A stretch of DNA of 64,000 nucleotides. It comes from an uncultured Acidobacteriota bacterium (GTDB taxonomy: Bacteria > Acidobacteriota > Vicinamibacteria > Fen-336). Below are positions 58,118 to 64,000 of the stretch, piece by piece (position 1 is the stretch's first letter; each line of letters begins with the position of its first letter). Location: contig CAVXEA010000002.1 in NCBI GenBank assembly GCA_963760685.1, positions 1,674,251 to 1,738,250 of the forward strand. Direction: 5' to 3'. The position numbers were made by a program, and so were the translations under genes. The notes under the pieces were generated by a model. That model was not told where the DNA came from and did not search any database. It saw nothing but the letters and a program-made list of their open reading frames with translations.

Positions 58118-58362
58118 CCGATCGCGGCTTCAAGGCAACCTGCTCCCTAGCGCCGAGGTGGCCGCAGGTTGGTGAAGCGCGCCTCGGAGCGAAGCGTCTA
58201 TCGGGGCCACGGGGATAGTCGCTGCGTCAGTGTGACCGAGCAGCGCACCATCGAGGGCCTGCCCACAAATCGCCCTTGCCCTGAGCGTCGATTGCCCGGT
58301 ACGATCCGTCGTTCCGCAAGTCCTAGAGAGACCAGCCGAGCCTGGTTCTGCGGGAGAAGCGC

Positions 58363-59772
58363 ATGCAGGGTCTCTTCGCCTCGATCGGACGTCGCGCCGC
58401 GGCAGTCGCAGCTCTCTTGCTCGCCGCTGCTCAGCTTGCTGCACAGACCGAGCCGTCGGTCACCGCCGCCGAGCTCGACCGCATCGTCCAGACGAACATT
58501 GCCGGGAAAGAGATCGTCGGGCTTTCGGTCGGCGTGATGCAGAACGGCAAGGTGGTGCTCGCCAAGGGATACGGCATGGCCTCGCTGGGCGCCAGCACTC
58601 CGGTCACGCCGGCCACGATGTTCCCGATCGGCTCGGTCACCAAACAGTTCACCTGCAGCGCGGCGCTGCTGCTCGCGCAAGACGGTACGCTCCAGATGAG
58701 CGACCGGGTGTCCAAGTACTTCCCGTCCCTCACCCGCGCCTCCGAGATTACCCTGCTCGATCTCGGCCAGCACGTCAGCGGGTATCGAGACTACTACCCG
58801 CTCGACTACGTGGACCGGGAGATGCAGAAGGACGTGACCGCGGACGCGATCATCAAGGAGTATGCCACCCGCCCCCTCGACTTCGATCCGGGGACCCGGT
58901 GGAGCTACAGCAACACCAACTTCACGATTCTGGGCGCAGTGGTGGAGCGGGTCAGCGGGCACCCCCTCGGGAGGTTCCTGGCCGACCGCCTCTTCAGGCC
59001 GCTGGGGATGAGTCATACGAGCTTCGACCCGCCCGCGAACGGCGCCGCCGTCGCGACCGGCTACACCTACTGGGCCCTCAACGACCCGACGCCCGCGCCA
59101 CCCGAAGGCAAGGGATGGACCGGCGGCGCCGGCGCCATCTGGAGCACTCCGACCGATCTCTTGGCCTGGGACCTGGCGCTCGTGACCGAGAGGGTGTTGT
59201 CTCCCGCCTCCTACCAGGTGCTCACGACCGCGCGCCGACTCGCCGACGGCCGATCGACCGGGTACGGCTGCGGTATCGGCATCAACGACCGCGGCGCGGC
59301 GATCGTGTTGAGCCACGGCGGCGGGGTGAGCGGGAGTGTCAGCCGGAACACGGTGCTCCCGGCCTCGCAGTCGGCGGTCGTCCTGCTGGCCAACAGCGAG
59401 ACCGACCTCGGCGCGATCAACCGGGCGCTCGTGGACAAGCTGATGCCCCAGGTCGACGTCCCGAAGATCGCCGGCCTGAGCGCGCTCGAGGCGGCCAAGG
59501 CCTATCTGTCGCAGTTGGCGGCAGGGAAGGTCGATCGTTCGACCCTCGGCGACGACTGGAACGCCCACCTCACACCCGAGCGGGAGCGCGCCGCCGCAGC
59601 GTCGCTCTCGCGGCTCGGGCCGATCACGGACGTCGAGGTGGTGGGCGGCAGCGAGCGCGGCGGAATGGAGGTCGTGGGCCTTCGGTTCCAGGTCGGGAAG
59701 ATCGCGGCGACCGGATCGATGTATCGCAGCCCGGATGGCAAGATCCAGCAGGTGTTGATCGGCCGACGCTAG
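58363..59772 (+). CDS. Secreted serine hydrolase of the class C beta-lactamase / penicillin-binding-protein-like family
   Basis: Signal peptide, SxxK motif GSVTKQF, YSN (YxN) motif and HGGGVSG are present. Confidence 0.85.
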   Translation: MQGLFASIGRRAAAVAALLLAAAQLAAQTEPSVTAAELDRIVQTNIAGKEIVGLSVGVMQNGKVVLAKGYGMASLGASTPVTPATMFPIGSVTKQFTCSAALLLAQDGTLQMSDRVSKYFPSLTRASEITLLDLGQHVSGYRDYYPLDYVDREMQKDVTADAIIKEYATRPLDFDPGTRWSYSNTNFTILGAVVERVSGHPLGRFLADRLFRPLGMSHTSFDPPANGAAVATGYTYWALNDPTPAPPEGKGWTGGAGAIWSTPTDLLAWDLALVTERVLSPASYQVLTTARRLADGRSTGYGCGIGINDRGAAIVLSHGGGVSGSVSRNTVLPASQSAVVLLANSETDLGAINRALVDKLMPQVDVPKIAGLSALEAAKAYLSQLAAGKVDRSTLGDDWNAHLTPERERAAAASLSRLGPITDVEVVGGSERGGMEVVGLRFQVGKIAATGSMYRSPDGKIQQVLIGRR

Positions 59773-61905
59773 GGGCCGGTATCTGAGCTCAGCGGGCCAC
59801 CCTTCACCAGATCGACGGGGTCCCAGGGCGCGGGCGAGCCCCCAAGGTAGCGGTGGAACCAGTCGAGGTGCGCGCTGTAGTAGAGAGCCATCTCGTACCA
59901 TGCCGGCCAATGGCCGGCGTTCTCGAAGACCAACAGGCGCGAGGGCACCCCGCGCTTCTGGAGGTCCGTGAAGAACATGAGCGACTGCGTGTAGGGCACC
60001 CGGTAGTCTTTTCGCCCGGTGACCACCAGGCACGGGGTCTTGAAGCTCGTCACGTACTCCGAGGGCGACGCCTCGCTGTAGTGCTTGCGGTTCTCCCAAG
60101 GCGCCCCGCCCAGGTCCCAGGTGGGAAACCACAGCTCTTCGGTCGCGCTCCACATCGACCGCAGGTCGTAGACGCCCATCATGGATGCCATCGCCTTGAA
60201 GCGCGTGGAGTGACCTTCCATCCACATGACCGCATATCCACCCCACGACCAGCCCATGAGGCCCATGCGATCTGCGTCCACGTAGGGCATCGCGGCCAGG
60301 GCCTCCGCAACCTTCTCGATGTCGGTGATGACCTTGCCGTTCCAGTCTCCGGCGATGGCGGCGGTATAGGCTTCGCCGAAGCCGGTCGAGCCGTGCGGGT
60401 TGGGGAAGGCGACGACGTAGTCCGGGTACACCTGCCAGTCTCCGCGGAAAGCGTCGGCCCACTGCATCTCCGGGCCGCCGTGGACGTTCAGGAGCAGCGG
60501 GTACTTCTTCGCGGGATCGAAACCGTGCGGCTTCACGATGAACACCTGCACCGGCTGGCCCTCGGCGCCGGTCACGGAGATCACCTCGGGAGGCCGGATG
60601 TCGGTCTCCGCTTCGACCGCGGCGTTGTGGGTCGTGAGGCGGCGCTCGGGCTCGCCCGTCCCCTTGCGCAAGTCGATGCGCCAGAGCTCCTGGGGCGTGC
60701 CCACCCGGCGACGCGACACCACGGCGAAGCGGCTGTCGCGCGAGACCTCGAAGGCGTCGAGGAGGCCGAGCGCGCTCAGCACCCGAATTCTTCCCGTGGC
60801 CGCGTCCAGCTCGTGGAGCGGGGTACGGCCCCTGACGTCCGCGGTGAAGTAGACCTTCTTGGAGTCGTGGCTCCAGGCCAGATCGCCGATGGTGTTGTCG
60901 AAGGCCTCGGTCAGGACCCGGCTCGTTCCTCCGGCCCGGTCGTAGAGCGCGATGCGGAACCGATCGGACTCGTTGCCGGGTTTCTTCTGGGTGCGGTAGG
61001 CCAGGAAGCGACCGTCCGGAGAGTAAGCGGGTGAGCCGTCCCAGGCCGCGTTGGCCGCGGTGAGGTTGCGCGGCGTGCGGAGCTCGTCGGCTGCCGCTTC
61101 GACGGGGACCGTCCAGAGGTCGGCGTTCGTGGTCGAAGCTTCGTCGCCGCTCCGGTTCGACACGAACGCGAGCTCCTTGCCGTCCGGGGAGAAGGCGTAG
61201 CCCAGGGGGCCGCCGAGGGCGAAGGTCGGAGAGTCGAAGTCGCCCGGGGTCAGATCGCGGATCGCACCGTCCTTCCCGGCGAGGTCGACCACGAGCACGT
61301 GGGTGCGCTTGCCGTCCTTCCAGTCGGTCCAGTGGCGGTAGAGCAGCTGGTCCGCGAGATGGGCCTTGAGCTTCGACTTCTCGCGGGCATCGTCGATCTT
61401 CCGGTTGCAGGCCGCATCGGCTCCGCACTCGGGGTAGACGTCGGCGGAGAAGGCCAGCCACCGGCCATCGGCGGAGAACAGCGGCCCCGCGACCCCTCCG
61501 GGAAAGTCCGTCTCTCTGTCGCGGTTCGCCTCCGTCGAGGGGCAGGAAGAAGACCTGCGGGGTTCCGGTGCGCGTGGAGACGAACGCGAGGGTCCGACCG
61601 TCGGGCGAGAAGCGGGGCGACGAGTCGACCTTGTCGGTGAAGGTGAGGGCGCGCGGGTTGCCGCCGTCGGCGTCGATGCGCCAGAGCTGCGACCAGCGCT
61701 TCACCGCGGTGAGGTCGGAGGTGGTGAGCTTGTAGACGATGCTCTTGCCGTCGGGCGAGATGGCGGGCTCCTCCACGCCCTTCAGCCGGTAGAGATCCGG
61801 CACGGTGAACGCGCGCTTCGGAGCCGCGGCATCGGCCGCGAGGCCGAGACCGGCGACGCCCGCGAAGGCCAGGGCGAACGATGCGGCGAGGACGCGAGGG
61901 GACAT
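59769..61905 (-). CDS. S9-family serine peptidase (prolyl oligopeptidase / dipeptidyl-peptidase-like) with N-terminal TolB-like beta-propeller; 1 frame break near 61520
   Basis: Signal peptide MSPRVLAASFALAFAGVAGLG and PD40 blades (ISPDGKS.., FSPDGRTLAF..) run in the 61905 frame. The rest is in ORF 59769..61298, including the nucleophile GWSWGG and a C-terminal catalytic domain. The TAG is shared with the beta-lactamase gene stop on the opposite strand. Confidence 0.8.
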
Positions 61906-61926
61906 GGCGTGGGCCTTTCCGCCGCT

Positions 61927-62887
61927 TCAGGCGGCGTCGATGAGGACCTTCAGGGTTCCGGGCCGGGCCGCGTGCTCGTAGGCGGCGGGGGCGTCGCGCA
62001 GCGGGTAGCGGGCGGCCAGCAGCGGGCCGACATCCACGGCGCCGCGCGACAAGAGCTCGAGCGCCGGGGCGAACGGGCCGCAGCGCGAGCCCACGAGCGT
62101 GATCTCGTCCACCACCACCATGGCGACGTTCAGGGCCAGGTCGCCATGGTAGGTGCTCTTGAGCACGATGGTGCCGCGAGGCCGGACCGCCTGCCGCGCG
62201 AGGGCGAAGCCTTCCGGGTTGCCGGTGCACTCGACGGCGACGTCGGCCCGGCCCGGGACGATGGAATCGGCGGCGGCGGTGCGGATCCCTCTCGCGGCCA
62301 GAAGCGCGAGGGTTGCCGGGTTGCGCCCCACGGCCAGGAGATCGCAGCCGGTGAGGGCGAGGGTCTGCGCCACCAGGTTGCCGAGCTTGCCGCAGCCCAC
62401 GACCACCACGCGGTCGCCGGGTCCGATCGTGATCTGCTCTTGCACCTCGAGGGCGGCGGCCAAGGGCTCCGTGAACACGGCGACGTCGTCGCTGACGGCG
62501 GCCGGCACCTCGTGCAGGTTCGCGACCGGCAGCAGGAGGCTCTGGGCGTGTGCGCCGTTCCGCTTCACGATGCCGAGCACGGTGCGCGAAGGGCAGTGGG
62601 TCGGCCGGCCTGCGCGACACGTCTCACAGGTCCGGCACGAGGCGTTGATCTCGCCCACCACCCGCTTGCCCACCCAGCCCGGGGCCTCGGGCGCCGCCTC
62701 CACGACCCCCACGAACTCGTGCCCGGGCACGCCGACGTAGGCGAAGTAGCCGCGCACCATCTCGAGGTCGGTGTTGCAGACGCCGGCGCGAGCCACGCGC
62801 ACCCGGGCCTCGCCCGGAAGGCGGCTCGGGCTCGGGGAGATCGTCCCGAACGTGGACCGACCTTCCCTCGAGCCAGAGTCCTCGCAT
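61927..62887 (-). CDS. Zinc-dependent medium-chain alcohol dehydrogenase family; 1 frame break near 62815
   Basis: The N-terminus MRGLWLEGRSVHVRDDLPEPEPP is in the other frame. ARVRVARAGVCNTDLEM...GHEFVG..C..C..C (structural Zn Cys: CRTCETCRAGRPTHC)...VVGCGKLGN (Rossmann) is in ORF 61927..62802. Confidence 0.75.
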
Positions 62888-62892
62888 CGTGG

Positions 62893-64000
62893 CTAGGGTG
62901 CCGCCGCGACGGCCTTCTTGCGGGCCGCCTCGAACTCGTCGCCTGCGTTCCACACGGGCATGGCCGTGGCGTTGGCCACGCGCGCGCCCAGGTAGAAGAG
63001 CAGCTTCACGTCTTCGACGGCGCCCTTGAGGTCCCAGGTGTCCCGCAGCTCGTCGGAGGGCTGGTGATAGTCCTTCTCCTCGAACTCGTCGTGCCGTGCC
63101 TTGCCCCAGCCCGCGGGCTTGCCGATCACGTCGATGCCGCGGCTCGAGATAGGCGGCGGGAACGCCGACCTTGGCGAGCTCGAACTGGTCGGAGCGGTAG
63201 AAGTAGCCGCGGTCGGGGAACTGGTCGCCCTTGATCACGCGACCGTGCAGCGCGGCCAGGCCCTGAATGACGGCGTCGAGGCTCGATTTGCCGAGCCCGA
63301 TCATGGTCATCTCGCGGGTCGGGCCGATGATGTCGAGGCCGTCCATGTTGATGTTGGCGGCGATGCGGCCCGCGGGAATGGGCGGGTGGGCGGCCAGGTA
63401 CTTCGAGCCCAGCAGGCCCTGCTCTTCGCCGGCCACCGCCGCGAAGTAGACGGTGCGCCGAGGAGCCGGCGTGAGCGTCTTCATGGACTGGGCGATCGCG
63501 AGCAGGGCCGCGACGCCCGTGGCGTTGTCGAGGGCGCCGTTGTAGATCGCGTCCTCTCCCGGCTTCGCCTCCGCCTTGATGCCCAGGTGATCGTGATGCG
63601 CGGTGTAGAGCACGGCCTGCTTGGCGAGCACGGGGTCGCTCCCGTTCAGGCGGCCGATCACGTTCGCGGTCTGCGGTCTTCTTGACGTCGTTCTCGAGGG
63701 CCAGGCTGATCGTGACCCCCAGGGGCACCGGCTTGAAGTCGCGCTTCTGGGCCGAGGCCCGGAGCGCGTCGAGGTCCTGCCCGCCGAGCCGGGCCAGCCG
63801 CTTCGAAGCGTCCTCGGTCATCCAGGCCGTGGCCTGCACCTGCGGCTGTCCGGTCGCGGGCAGGGTGAAGCGCGTCCCGCTGAAGGAAGTCTTCACGACC
63901 TGCCAGGGATATCCGGCTGACGGCGTGGTGTGGATGATGATCGCCCCCGCCGCGCCCACCTTGGCCGCCATCTCGTACTTGTAGTCCCAGCGGCCGTAGT
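62893..64000 (-). CDS. M28-family metallopeptidase (aminopeptidase), N-terminus beyond the window end; two frame breaks (about 63140, 63665)
   Basis: ..AAGAIIIHTTPSAGYPW.. is in ORF 63126..63971. ..LYTAHHDHLGI..AIYNGALDNATGVAALLAIAQSM..VYFAAVAGEEQGLLGSKY..NINMDGL is in ORF 62624..63661, with the M28 metal ligands HxD, D and EE. The tail ..EEKDYHQPSDE.. is in ORF 62893..63129. Confidence 0.75.

Noticed and set aside
1-64000. CRISPR arrays, tRNA/rRNA genes, IS elements, integrases, phage genes
   Set aside because: No regularly spaced direct repeats, no cloverleaf-like conserved tRNA blocks in the few intergenic gaps of 70 nt or more, no transposase/integrase/recombinase signatures in any frame. 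The window looks like core chromosome.

Overview
This is a 64 kb, ~70% GC bacterial chromosomal window. It is densely coding, with about 45 genes, and I found no rRNA, tRNA, CRISPR array, transposase or integrase by eye. The gene content points to Acidobacteriota: an ADOP-type FtsX permease, several Ser/Thr kinase genes fused to TolB/PD40 beta-propellers, a CarboxypepD_reg-type TonB-dependent receptor, and many secreted glycoside hydrolases. Left to right, the main blocks are:
- a PIN-toxin tail
- SulP permease
- GH2, GH28 and ADOP permease
- a MrfA/YprA-like DEXH helicase (DUF1998) with a MrfB/YprB-like DEDDh exonuclease
- two GT-C-like polytopic membrane proteins flanking an orphan CheY-like receiver
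- a glutaredoxin-like protein and a cytochrome c–FTR1 iron permease fusion
- a minus-strand array of four very similar Ser/Thr kinase–PD40 paralogs with a TonB-dependent-receptor-like gene embedded and translationally coupled
- a TAT small subunit plus GMC flavoprotein dehydrogenase pair
- an ECF sigma, anti-sigma and secreted TPR protein operon, plus a second TPR paralog
- an esterase, GH30 and CoA-transferase
- a split pyrimidine cluster (pyrK-pyrD-pyrF on minus; csaA-pyrR-pyrB-pyrC on plus), interrupted by a membrane alkaline-phosphatase-family gene and a HAD hydrolase
- a GspS-like ATP-grasp gene
- a fifth kinase with a TPR domain
- GH127
- a beta-lactamase-family hydrolase, S9 peptidase, Zn-ADH and M28 peptidase (partial)
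A dominant technical observation is that 30-plus reading-frame breaks occur, almost all at G/C homopolymer runs and including one in the normally essential pyrD. I read them as consensus indel errors and not real pseudogenes, so the gene spans below are the reconstructed full genes. I do not see an unambiguous new system. The most interesting candidates are the kinase–propeller–TonB receptor array, the MrfAB-like pair with an unexplained intervening ORF, and a 57-bp near-identical relic repeat.
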